Below are positions 39,011-51,545 of a DNA stretch of 64,000 nucleotides, in pieces. The notes beneath the pieces were generated by a model, which did no database searches, had not been told where the DNA came from, and worked only from the letters and a program-made list of their open reading frames with translations. Source of the DNA: Lingula anatina (Eukaryota; Animalia; Brachiopoda); the NCBI GenBank assembly GCA_051362555.1, contig CM120642.1, positions 27,218,001 to 27,282,000 on the forward strand. Direction: 5' to 3'. How positions within the stretch are numbered: position 1 is the first letter of the stretch; each line of letters begins with the position of its first letter. A program made the position numbers and the translations under genes.

Positions 39011-39905
39011 CTTCGATCTACTTGTAAAAATATCTCCCTGTCTTTGTGTCAATATTGAAAGTTTTATGGTTTATGGTTTCTTATCACAGTAAAGTGGCTT
39101 TATAAGTGGTGACCTTGTTCTAGCCCCGTCTCTTTGCTTCAGTGTTTCATCTTACATGTAGGTGCTACTGATCGGTCCGAAATGCACCGTAAACACGACT
39201 CATTATGTCAAACAAGCGCAGTTTTCAGCAAATCAAATGCACAGGAAACCACGGCAAATGGTCAACTATATCACACCAAACTCTGCAGTGACTCTGTGTC
39301 ACTCAGGCAGTTTACACTATCGATTCCCGTTGCTGGCCAGTTGTAACTCTCCATACTTGGAAACGCTTGCGACTTGTATACAAATCTGTTACACTATTAT
39401 TGAACTGTACAGATTGATTGCCTTATAAAGGCCACGGCTAGAGTGAAATGTGATATACATCACAACGAAAACATTGAATAGAAATTGTTACAACGACACA
39501 GAAATCACAGGCCTATAATAAACTGCGATTATTATAATCTATACTAGGACAAAGAATGCACTCACGCGGGTTACATGCTTTTAGTAGGTTATCAAAGGGG
39601 GAACAAGAAACAACAACAATGTTAGGCCTACAAACGATGGACATAAAGACTACTTTGGTTTAGTGACTATTTTTTATGCTTACACGAATAAAAACAAAAC
39701 GTTTCACTGGTCCAAGTTTAATGAGTAATGATTTGAATAAAAATTACCAATTAGGGCCTAATGTTTTATTTTAATTCTACATTTTAACGGTAAGATCCCG
39801 ATCAAATAACGCAATTAGCGAAACAATCCATATTATTTTAGGAATGTTGAAAAGAAAAACTTTTTACCTGAGTTATATTTTTCCTATTAATTTATTTATG
39901 TATTC

Positions 39906-39958
39906 TACTACTACTACTACTACTACTACTACATGTACTACTACTACTACTACTAGGC

Positions 39959-40002
<44 letters not shown>
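39906..40002. repeat. (CTA)n microsatellite interrupted by tacatgta and taggccta
   Basis: Seen directly. Confidence 0.9.
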
Positions 40003-40003
<1 letters not shown>

Positions 40004-40962
40004 TTATCATTATCTGGCCCTTATTTTTATTTTTGTAATCGTGTTGTGGAAAAAATATTGTGTTGATTTGAAGAACTATTTTAGATTACCTTTAATCAAA
40101 TAGGGATTTCTGAAAAGATCAAATTAGTGATTTACATGTAGGCTACAAATATTGAAACAAATCATTTATACGTTTTTTTAGTTAATATGAGGTAACAAAG
40201 GATTCTTATATAGGCCTACAGCAAAATCTCGCCACTGAGATTTTAAACATCGCTGGCTGAAAACCTTGCAGACACAATTAAAAGTCTTTCCCCTCCGGAG
40301 TAGGCATAGAACTGGTCATGGACAATGCTTTTTTAACACTTCGAAGTAGAAAGAAAAAAGTCGCTTGCATATAGGGCCTACAGTTATAATCAAATACACT
40401 GCAGGCCTTTTTGCTTTTCAATGTTTTTTCTAAATTCAGTTACATATTGGCCCTAAAGTGACCTTGATATTCAAATCAATTAATTTTAACAAGGCTTCTT
40501 GACAAAATTTGGTCAGTGAGTTTACAGCAAATTTCATCTCAACATCAATTCGCATTGTAGGCCTATTTAAATGAGCTAGTCTAACGCTAGGAAAAAATTA
40601 TCAAAATTCTTTTATGTTTAATTTGTTCTCCTGAAATATACTGGGTATAACGAAGAAATGTGAAAATTAAGGAGTCATTCATTAACTGTTTAAATTTTTT
40701 CCAGTTTAGATAATTTAGCCTGTCAATACAGTAACAAAAAGCACAGGTAGGCCTACGCTTTAGTTCCAAAAGCTGTCCCTAGGGATTTTTTGGGTTAGAA
40801 GCGATTAATGAAAAGAACGATCTGGAACGACAATGAAAGAAAGACAATTGATGAATTTTCAATTGAAAAAGGGGCAAAATTAAAGAACCTATTATTGCTA
40901 AATATTGTGCGGCAACATGCACCGGAAACAAATAGACTTGGTCTGGGATTGTCTTGAAAAAG

Positions 40963-43900
40963 ATGGCTGGAGACGGCAGCATGAACATTTCTGCATTGTT
41001 AGATGCTTTGCCAAATTCTGACGATCCACTGAAAACGTTGATACAGATAAAAACCGTCCTTTTTGCAGTCCACCCTTCAGCACTTCGTGACGTTGTCCCA
41101 GACGTGTCATTTAGCTCAGTTTTTGACTGTTTAAACTCCTCCAACAGGTGAGCTTAAAAACCAGCGTGATGCTGTCCCTTTGGCACATGCAGACGAATTT
41201 TCATTGTAAAAATAATATTGGACGAATATATTTAAACACAGTGAGATGGGAATGGGTTTTGCTAGGTATGACATACAAAGCAAATGCAAATGATATGTTT
41301 AGTTATTAGAAATGTTTTTATGGTGCTCTTCTTAGCCAATACATATCCATAACGATGAGACAGCAATTTTGACAATGGAGCTGTATACCGCTATATTTGG
41401 TGGTGCTGTTGTGAATGAAGGCCCTATTTCCATGTACTTCATAGGCTTTTGTAGATCGACCTTATTTACATGTATAACTCAACAAGAAAATGGTATATCG
41501 CTATTCTTTTGTTAAAGCGAAGAGGTTCAGACATGTTGTGACATATTGGGAAGACTCTTGGAGGCCCTCCAGACACAGGCCTTGCTTATTAATTTTAATG
41601 AAGAATTACTGAGAGGTTTGGAGAATCCAAAACAGCCTGTTCGGGAGGTCTGCTTAAAACAGGTAACATTCTTCTTTTTTTTCCCTTTTGTTCTTTACTT
41701 CTTTACTCTTTTAAAGGCACCTAAAAGGCACTTAATTTTAAATACAAAGTGTTGTTTTATTTTAGACCTATATGTGTTTTGCTGGATTAACACTTCGTTG
41801 ATTATGTGATTTGCTGTACTTTCTGTACTAAAAAAAAACAAAAAAAAAAAGCATCATCTACTGCCTGAGACAAGTGCACTTATGCATTGAACCAAAATAT
41901 TTTGCCAAAACTGACAACTTATAGTTAGGCCATTTACATCCTCAGGTTCAGAGAGCTGCTGAGGAAAACCCCTCAGAGTTGATGACATATTCTGACATCT
42001 TGCTAGTTATTATCAAACAGCTGGGAGATAAAAGTATTGGAGTCGCCAAGGCTGCTGGAAAGGTGCTGATCAATCTAGGTGGGTAAACGTGTTTGATTCT
42101 TGTGTCATTGTTCTTTGTTGCTTGAGGATGTTATTGTTTGTCTCTGTTGTTATTGTTTATGAAGATAGAAGCAATATTTTGAAAAAAATAGCATAATATA
42201 TGTTAAATCTTATTGGCTTTAACTTAGTGATATTTTTGATTGAATTGTTTTACAAACATGCTTTTGAGTCTGAATTGGCTACTGAAATTAAGAATTTTAG
42301 CCATTTTGGTAGTCTTCTTTGCCTGATTTGACATGATTATACACTGCATTTTGTGCCTTCTGTATTACATGAATGTCATTTCTTACTTTGGCTATATAAC
42401 ATATGGAATGATTATTTTACAGGTAGAAATATGAGTTGCCTACAAGGTCTGTCACAGGGTGTTATACTGGAGAAACTGTATAATATGTCAGATTGTTATT
42501 TTACAGGTACAAATATGAGTTGCCTTCAAGGTCTGTCACAGGGTGTTATGCTGGAGAAACTCCGCAGTGTGATGGAACAAGATGACATAACTAGGTATAG
42601 GGTACATGAGGTAAGAATAACAGAAAAAAGCTCATTTTAGAAATTAATAATAAGAATAATAATTGACCATTAGTGAGTTAACATTTATTGACTCTTTAAA
42701 CTAAGTACTCTCAGTGTTCATTGCAGATTACAAAAAATTAAGTTTTAATACTTCTGAGAAAAATACATTAATTTAGTGTTATCGTTAAAGTTTTTTCCTA
42801 AGACTAAATACATTATCAATAAATAATTATTTTTAATAACATATATCAGTATATATTCAATATATTATACTGAATTAAAAAGAAAATTGTCACTTTTTTC
42901 TTGTGAAAAAGTGATTCAGATATTTTACCAGATATTAATTGTTTACCAGTATTGAAATGTTTTAAGGGCGTAGGCCCATCTGTCTTGATTTTTAAACTGA
43001 TCAGCCACAACAATATGTCCCTCAGAATCGATAGCTACACTTAAAGGTTTCCTAAGTCCATCCATCTCATTGAGCAAATGTTTGATGAATTGGCCATTGA
43101 GACTTAACATGACCACCCTCTTATTGCATTGATCAGCAATGAAAATGTGACCATGTCCATCCGTGCAAACCCCTGAGGGGTAGTACAACTGATTGTTACT
43201 GGACCCACTCCGGCCAGGGGTGCCGTGGCTAAAAACAACTTGACCAGTGTCCAGTGAGAGAGTATAGAAGCAGTGGTGGTCATGATCTGTTAGCAAGATA
43301 TTTTCATTTGCTCTATCAACAGTCAGGCAGAAGGGGGTTATATCTTTGTTAATGTGTATTACTTTCACCACATGTCCACTGTCGGGACTGAATGAAAAGA
43401 CACTTCGATGTTGCTTATCGTACACCAGAAGATGTCCCTGTTTGCTTATAGTCAGAGGCCCGGGCTTCTGAAGGGCATGGCCTCCAAAACTATTTGACAG
43501 CACACCTGTCGGTGAATACACTTTTAAGTCCTTGTCAACACTGTCAGAGAGATAAATATGGCCTGAGTCAGACACAGCCATATTGTGGTATCCTCCAGTA
43601 GTCGCTGGAATGCAGGTCTTAAACTGGCCATTGCTGCCACGTAGAAGTTCAAGAACTGAGCATGATTTCTCATTTCCTTCTCTTACGTAGATGCGACTGC
43701 CGGTGTGGTCTGTGGCCATGGCATAGGAATAGAATGCTTTGTCGGATGATCTCGTGGCTGATGCTTTTAGCAATTTTGGTCTGGACATCTTTTATATTTT
43801 CATGGCTGCTTTTTATCAGTCAGTGAGGCAATATGCGAGTAACTTTTGTATAGAATAAGTATTCATGGAAAACCCTTCCATCACTGAGTAAAAGATTAAT

Positions 43901-45379
43901 CATGTTTCATGTTTTGTATGTGATCCATGAAAATGTGTTACAAATTGAGCCATGTCTGCTTGGATATCTGTCTGAATTATATCACAACTGTAGAATTTAT
44001 ATTGGACTGTAAGGAATAATTTGGATGATATCTGAAATCAAACAAAAATTATTATTGTAAAAATGTATTTGCTTAACAATTAAGGTAGTCATAATTGAAA
44101 AAAAAAAAAACAGCATAAGTATGTGACACATTGGTCAAGTGACATCAGTTTATCATGTTTCTTGTTGCAGTTGACTTTCACACCAAGTATGATGAATTCT
44201 GACTAAAAAAGTTATTATCTTAAAGTTTCTAAAACCCCCAAGACAAGGGGTACCAGTATTAATTGCACTACCACATGGAGCAGTTATTATATTTACAGAT
44301 ATGTGTGCATGTAAAAGATACAGGGTGGGTAACTGGTTCCCCAGCCCATAGAGAGAGAAATGTACATCAGCCTCTTGATACTTGTAATGCTAAACACACA
44401 GTGAAAAATGATATACTGGCCAAAGGAACAGCATACACTAAAAATAAATTAGCTAGCCATGTACTCTTTACATTGACCAGAAATTGTGAAGCTCTAGCTT
44501 ATTTTTATGTAATGTGGTTGCTTAACTGACAGTGAATTACATTTACTGGTAGTTCAGAAACCCTTTACCTAACTTACATATCATACAAGTTGTGTGACCT
44601 TCCTTGATGTAATATAAAGTTCCCTGTCACACATACCAGTATGTGGCTGGCTAACCACTACTTCTTGCCTCCAAATGTTTGTGCACCAGTTCTGTTGAAT
44701 ACCATGTCTATTGAAATATTATGCTTCAGATATAATGGGGCTATACAATAGCTGCAGATGCTTTTCATTTTCAGGCCACATTTGGCTTTGATTGTATTAT
44801 TACATGCACAATATGCATTCATATTTTTGTGTATGCTCTTGTAGAAAAATTGCCTGTGAGATAGACTATTTGCAGTTCAAGTTATGTTTTGAATTTTTTT
44901 TGGGGGGGGGGGAGAGATTTTTAGTGAAATTTCAAATTTTTTTCTAATGATTTCACATCTATATAGACATTTTTATTCATGCATGTTCTAGTAATTCTTT
45001 GATGTGAGACATTAATCAAAAATATTTGATTCATCTTATTTCCTCCAGGTGTTCATAGAGATCTCCCAGAACTCCCCGGAGGCCTTGTTGATGTGCTCAA
45101 GCAATGGCTTCTTGCAGCCACTGATCAATGACATGTATAAAGATGACATCTTGGTTCAGCTGAACTGTATTGAAATGCTGTCACAGCTAGCAATGTGTGA
45201 ACATGGTCTGTTGTATCTGGACCAGCAAGGGGTTCTGGGAAAATTGGAGACCATGATGGGAAATATTGAGTCTGACCCAATGATGGGACTTCTGCTTCCT
45301 GGTAACTTGTAGTTGGTTCAAATGTGTTTTCTTTTTAAGTGTTTGTTTATTTGTTTGTTTTTAATGATTAAGCATTATA

Positions 45380-45423
<44 letters not shown>

Positions 45424-48400
45424 ATGTTGAGTTCAATATATATAATGTATGTGAAATGTTGTTCAAGTCAGTCAGTACTTACGTGGAGAAATGATATATG
45501 ACTTTATAAAGAATTTAAGAGGGTTAAGATTTAGGATATTGTATTCAAATTATTATTTTTAAGATTTGATTTACTGTAATTTTCTGTTAAAATTAGAGCA
45601 TCACACATCTTGTTCAATCTGCATTCAACTTTTAGTTTTATCATATTAGTGACATAAAAAAAAGTACCTAGGATTCATAAGAACTTGAATGTACAGGTAC
45701 ATGTAACTTCAATCGATCTTTATGTTATTATTGTTTTTTTTAGGTCTCATCAAATTCTTTGGCAGTGTTGCCTTCCTTCACCCTAAAGAGATCATGACCA
45801 AGTACAAGACTTTTGTGAACATGGTGTTTTCTTATCTGGAGTGCCAGGATGTTACTCTGAGGGGCGTGGCCGTCCAGACCCTGGGGTTTATAGGAAGCAC
45901 TGCAGAGGGAAAGTTGACTTTTGATAAAATGGGTATTTATCTCTTCTATGTTACTAACACTTTTGCTTGCGTATAATTAATTCTGCACTCAGTTTATAAT
46001 AGTTTAATTAAATAGAAGATGCTGGTAATCAGTCTTTATTTACCCCAGTATTTTTTCAGTGCTTTATAATAAATTCACTGAGACATAAAGAAACTTTTTC
46101 AGTTGAATTTTTAATACAGTAGAAAGCAAACCTGTCTCCAGTAAAATGTTCACTATTTTATACTTAAACACAATCACAACTGACAAATTTAATACTGTTC
46201 CACTTTGTAAATACGGTAGCTGCATTACAATATTTTTACAATAAATTGTTACAACTGACACATCTTAAAACTTGTTACTAGATGTTCACACTTAACACAT
46301 CTTAACACTTATTCTGTCTAGTGAGGAATGCTGTAGAAGACAGTTCTGTTGGTGAATAGTGTAAATATTGTTGATGAAGTCAATACAAGACATGAATCGC
46401 TTAACAATTCATCAAGTAAATAGTTTTGATTGCTACTGCTCAAACTGTAAGCATAAACATGTGACCGGTGATCACTTTGTACAGACAACACAGGCCAATT
46501 CTCGGCCAGCCACATAGTTAGGACAGGGGAGAGTACCGCAGCCACTTTCCACGACATACCACAATGCCCCATTTTGATCCCCGTCCCCTCCTTCGTTAAC
46601 TTCTGGGGCCTCGTCCACACATACGTACTCAGCCCTGTGGTGACTGTGATGGGCAGCCATGATGTAGCCATTGTACTCTATGGTCCAGCCAGCTGGACAC
46701 GCTTTCATGGCAGGGATCATCACTGTGGTCGCGCGTGTGGGGACGTAACACAAAGCACAGACTGCGGTCTCCTGGTTCAGTCTTTCTGTTTTGGGAGTGT
46801 TTGTCTTCAGGAAGGGGTCATAGCCGTTAATCTCCATCTCAACACCGTATATGTAGGAATTTGACTGGAAGCCATCTTTGTGTGTGCCCCATTCAGGCTG
46901 GTGTGGCAGGCAGAGAAAGTTGCTACCGCTGCCCGCGTGTTTAAACCATGACCCAGCAGCAATACCTGTAATGAAGAAATTCATGTTTATTGACTTAATA
47001 CTCCAATTCTCAACACACGTTTCCATTTTAAATTATCAAATCATTGGAAAAGATGCACTTTAACTTAGAAAGAATTTTGCTGTGGCACCCCAGGATAAAT
47101 ACAGTATGCTGATTGATTTATTTACATGCAACCGGGTATCCTCATACAGTACAAGGTCTTCATCTAACACTTAACAATTTTAATGCAAATAACAGGTTAT
47201 TAGAATGTTTTTGATTGTGTGTATAAAAAAGATAACCTGGTTAATGAAGATAAACTAAGTTACCAAGCAAATTAATACAAATACTTGCCATTGTAGATGA
47301 GTTCTACTCCTTTTGCACAACTTGTTCTTCCCCATCTGATGTAGGTTGTGCCACCTGCAAGCCCTGTAATGTAGAAATATAGTTGTATCATATTTCATGC
47401 ATTCATATCATCAGATTAATAATGATATATTTTACCTTATGCTTTACTTTAGACACCCTCCCACTCCCTATCTCCCCCCCTCCAAGAAAAAAAAAATAAA
47501 ATTTTTGAAATTTTTTTAAAAATTAAAAAAAAAATCGAAAAAGTATTGGATTTATTTGAGTTCAAACAAGTACTGTTTGTAGGTGTGTCAGTACATGCTG
47601 AAAATGGGCAGATTTAAATGGACTAGCTGATATTGTGTTAGATGTGTCCTGAGTTGATGGAGCCAGTGTGTTGTACAGGGCTGGATGAGATGGTCCCTTA
47701 CCTGGCTGTTGTGATTTACGCACTTTTTTCGTGACATTGGCTTGGCGTCTTTGTCGTATGTGCTCATGGGAATCAATTGCCTTCTTTATACTCTCAATTG
47801 CAAGGCTCATTCCGTCCTCTTTTTCTTTTTCGTATTGCTGATCAGCTTGTTTCTGAAATATACTTAACATTATGAAACAATGTATATTTTGTTGATGGTT
47901 TCTTACATCTTTACTTCTAAATTAAATTTTATCGTCCAGTATAACGGTCTATATAAAAAACTAGCAAATAGAGAACGCATAGAGAACGGAACAAGAAAAT
48001 TTGCATTGTCATTTTTTGCTCCCAAACCCTCTTAGAAAAGAAAACAAGATTCTGTAAGCCTAAAGTGTCTTCTCTCTTTTGCTCTTTTGTGCAAAGATGG
48101 GGTTGGGGCCAGGGGTTAAACATATTTTTCTCTCAGGTCTGTCTGCCCTCCCCCTCCTTTATGCCAGACTACTTGTGGTTGTCTAGATGTTAATGAAATG
48201 TCACATCCTTTGTTTTCAATCAAAAAGGGTTAACATTTTTGTTCACCATCTGTTTAATCACTTTATGTATTGAAAAAATAAAAATAATGAGTGCTGTGAT
48301 ACATAGTTCAGCAAAACGAATTTGGTAAAGAAACAATATTTTGTGAAAGGTGGGTTTAATTTCCTCATACCTCATGCTCAGCAAGTATCAATCTGTCTTT

Positions 48401-49931
48401 GGCACTGCTATCTTCCTCCTCTGTATCTTTCCCATCTGGTCTACAATTGATATTGGAAAACAGAAGAAAACTACAAACAAAGAGAAAGAAAATACTTCTC
48501 TGCTTCATGGCAATGGTGGATCTTCCTTTTGAAGCTGCAGAGTTTCCAGAGGAATCGACTGCCAGGGGAATCGACTTCTTGTGTGAATTGATGCACTAGG
48601 CAGCACTATTTATATACAGTATTTTACCGAGGAAGTGATATTTGATCCAAATCCTGCCAATTAATTCCTAAAAACAACTGGGTTTCCTTTTCATAAGTAC
48701 AGGCCAATGTGTTTAAGTTAGATTTTCACGTGAAAGCATTAATTGTCTACCTTTTTTAGTTCCTAAAGAAAATTTGGTTGCAATAGCTGCATTTTTGGGT
48801 GGATGAATCTGACTTAGTATGGCGCATTTAAAGGAAAGATTTAATGGTGAATTTTAGTATGGAATCCTGTTTTTAAGTTTGTAAATCATTTGTAGAATCA
48901 CAGAAGAAGCTATACTTTTGGTACTGAATGTTTTACAGACAGATTTTCATAGATTGCAATGTCTGCTGGTCAGAGTTATAAAATTATAAACATTGAGGTA
49001 GAACATTGCATTTATTTACATCTTATTGTAAACTACTTATATGACAGTATGGTAGAAATAAATCCATGCCAAATTTAACTTACATAAGGACAACTATGTA
49101 GAATTTCTATTTTAGTTTTTATTACCTCCGCCAAGGAGGTTATGTTTTCACCCCTGTTTGTCTGTTTGTTTGTTTGTCTGTCTGTCATCAACATAACTCA
49201 AAAAGCTATGGACTGATTTTGATGAGCCAAGGAAAAGATGATTAGTTTTTGGTGGTGATCTGGATCAATAATCAATCAATAATCAATAATAATAAAAAAT
49301 TGCTGCCTTGGTGGAGGTCTGCGCTCGAAGTGCTTTTCTAGTTTCTAGAATATAAAAGGATACTTGGACCTAAGTGCTTTCAAACTTTGAACCAAGAAGA
49401 CTTCCTTTCCCAAAGGACATTAAAACTTTTCTTTAAGTATCTCGATGTACTTGACTTGTATATCATTTGGTTTGTTTGTTTGGAAAAGTTCAGAATGTTG
49501 ATTAATAGTAACTGCTTTGACATTATAATAAATGCCTGCCAGCACACTACTAAGGAACTCATTTCTGGCATTAGGGCACATATGTCACCTTATTTTACTG
49601 TATTTGATAGCAACAGACACATCAAAATCACTGATTTACTTCTCAAGTTCTTGTTAAAATTATATTGTAACATACTTTGAGTGCGTGGCATTCCCAGGTT
49701 TCAGCATTTAATGAGAATAACCCTCCTTTCTGTACTTTAAATCCATCCAGTCATTGTAGCTACCGGCCGCGGAAACCATGTGAAACCGTCAGTGAGAATT
49801 TCCATTGTATCTTTCCATTACTGTCCTTGGGTATTATTTTTCTCTTGTAAAACAGTTTTCTCTTCATATCCCTGCATTTTGTCTTATAGGCATAATTACA
49901 AAGTTGCATGTTCCAGATAGATGTGTGTGGT

Positions 49932-49980
<49 letters not shown>

Positions 49981-51545
49981 ACAGTAAATTTAAAAAGTTT
50001 CTTGAGAAGATGATTATAATAATGAATGATGAGTACATTGAATGCGCTCAGTTGTATAGAAATTCATTTAATTGGACATACTGTATTTTTAAAATGAACT
50101 TTTATTATTGATTTTTAGGGCCAGTGGTTCCAGCAGCAGTAGAGAGAATTGGAAAGCTAGTCAAGGAACCTCCATCAGAACAGAGGGTGATAGCACTAAA
50201 CAGTGTGGCAAACCTACTGAAACTGAAGGTAACAAACTGGTAGAGAATGTATTACAATTTTTGTTTTGTTGTAGCTTAATTTAGACATATTTTGTGAAAT
50301 TATTTGAGTCTTTGTAAGTTAACAGTTTGATATAATATACAATGCAGAAAGTTTTTGTGAGTGAAATATTTTGTGCTTTTGACTTATCATTTTTACTTTA
50401 TATTTTTGGTTTTAAAGATCAGTGCTTTACCTATCACATAACTGACTTGTGGTTGAATTCATCAGACCCCCCCTCCCCTAAATTAGGAAAAAAGTTTTCA
50501 TGTATGTAAAGAGCATGATTCCATTTATTTTCATACTCAAATGAACCTCTTCAATCATATTTACATGTATTTCCTATATATATATATATTGATGCATTGG
50601 GCAGCACTATTTATATATTTTACCAAGGACGTGATATTTGATCCAAATCCTGCCAATTAATTCCTAAAAACAATTGGGTTTCCTTTTCATAAGTACAGGC
50701 CAATGTGTTTAAGTTAGATTTTCACTTGAAAGCATTAATCTTTTTTAGTTCCTAAAGAAAATTTGGTTGCAATAGGTGCATTTTTGGGTGGATGAATCAG
50801 ACATAATATGGTGCATTTAAAGGAAAGTTTTAATGGTGAATTTTAGTATGGAATCCTGTTTTTTTTTTTAAATTTGTGAATCAGAATGGCAGAAGGAGCT
50901 ATACTTTTTGTACTGAATGTTTTACAGACAAAATTTGAAAGATTGCAATGTCTGCTGGTTAGAGTAATAAAATTATAAACATTGATGTAGAACATCGCAT
51001 TTATTGACATCTTATTGTAAACTACTTATATGTCAGTATGATAGAAATTACCCCATGCCAAATTGAACTTACAGGACAACTATGTAGAATTTCTATTTTA
51101 GTTTTTATTACCTCTGCCAATATATATATATATTTTTTTAAAAAAGGTACCAGACCAAACTGAAGAGTTACTCAATCTCACAGAATCTTGGTTCAGAAGA
51201 ATCTCTCCAAAGCCCATGGAGGTTCTTCACAATATCACCCTGCAGCCTTTCACCGAGCTTAAGACTGCAGCATTGAATGTTTACACTGTCGTGGCCGCCC
51301 AACCTTGGGGACAGCATATGTTTAAGGAACACCCTGGGTTTACAGAGTACCTTCTGGACCGATCAACAGAAACGACAAAGGAAGGAAAAGATGGAAAATT
51401 TGAGATTGTTAAAACTCTTGTTGAATCTCCTACGGCTGTGGAGATATTTGGTCAGCCATATTTCTTACGTCTTCGAACTTACCACAAGGAAGGGCCTTAT
51501 TATGTAAGGACTGAGTCTTCAGTGGCTTCGGAAGGAGACAACTAG
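40963..51545 (+). CDS. PSMD5: 26S proteasome non-ATPase regulatory subunit 5 (S5b assembly chaperone); 8 exons
   Basis: Exons 40963-41147, 41518-41662, 41946-42078, 42507-42610, 45049-45301, 45744-45932, 50119-50228, 51147-51545. Motifs RYRVHE, DDILVQLNCIEML, LPGLIKFFG, QPFTEL..QPWGQ..PGFTEYLLDRSTE..K.EIV, Y.KEGPYY. Confidence 0.9.
42943..43788 (-). CDS. Intronless NHL-repeat beta-propeller protein (TRIM2/3/71-like NHL domain only), nested in PSMD5 intron 4
   Basis: 281-aa ORF with NHL repeats QLYYPSGVCTDGHGHIFIADQCNKRV and LRKPLSVAIDSEGHIVVAD. Confidence 0.8.
   Translation of the reverse strand: MSRPKLLKASATRSSDKAFYSYAMATDHTGSRIYVREGNEKSCSVLELLRGSNGQFKTCIPATTGGYHNMAVSDSGHIYLSDSVDKDLKVYSPTGVLSNSFGGHALQKPGPLTISKQGHLLVYDKQHRSVFSFSPDSGHVVKVIHINKDITPFCLTVDRANENILLTDHDHHCFYTLSLDTGQVVFSHGTPGRSGSSNNQLYYPSGVCTDGHGHIFIADQCNKRVVMLSLNGQFIKHLLNEMDGLRKPLSVAIDSEGHIVVADQFKNQDRWAYALKTFQYW
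46472..48508 (-). CDS. Secreted 'short-chain collagen C4'-like protein without a collagen helix, nested in PSMD5 intron 6; 4 exons
   Basis: Exons 48508-48371 (signal peptide), 47852-47702 (RQRR), 47363-47289 (TTYIRWGRTSC) and 46965-46472 (GSGSNFLCLP, CALCYVP, CPAGWTIEYNGYIM, YVCVD, LPCPNY...CVVCTK). Confidence 0.85.
48607..48614 (-). promoter_or_regulatory. TATA box (TATAAATA) of the nested C4-like gene
   Basis: About 100 nt upstream of the ATG at 48508 on the minus strand. Confidence 0.55.
49122..49342 (-). mobile_element. Second copy of the DINE-1/HINE-like element
   Basis: Reverse-complement match to 22336-22607, including the hairpin and (TGTC/TGTT)n. Confidence 0.75.
50589..51120. repeat. 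Direct duplicate of 48588-49134, flanked by (TA)n on both sides
   Basis: Collinear high similarity over ~530 bp. Confidence 0.92.

Noticed and set aside
39844-40038. Poly-Thr ORF resembling the mucin-like linkers
   Set aside because: It is the translation of a (CTA)n microsatellite, without convincing splice sites.
40779-41144. 121-aa minus-strand ORF
   Set aside because: Antisense shadow of PSMD5 exon 1 with no recognisable motif.
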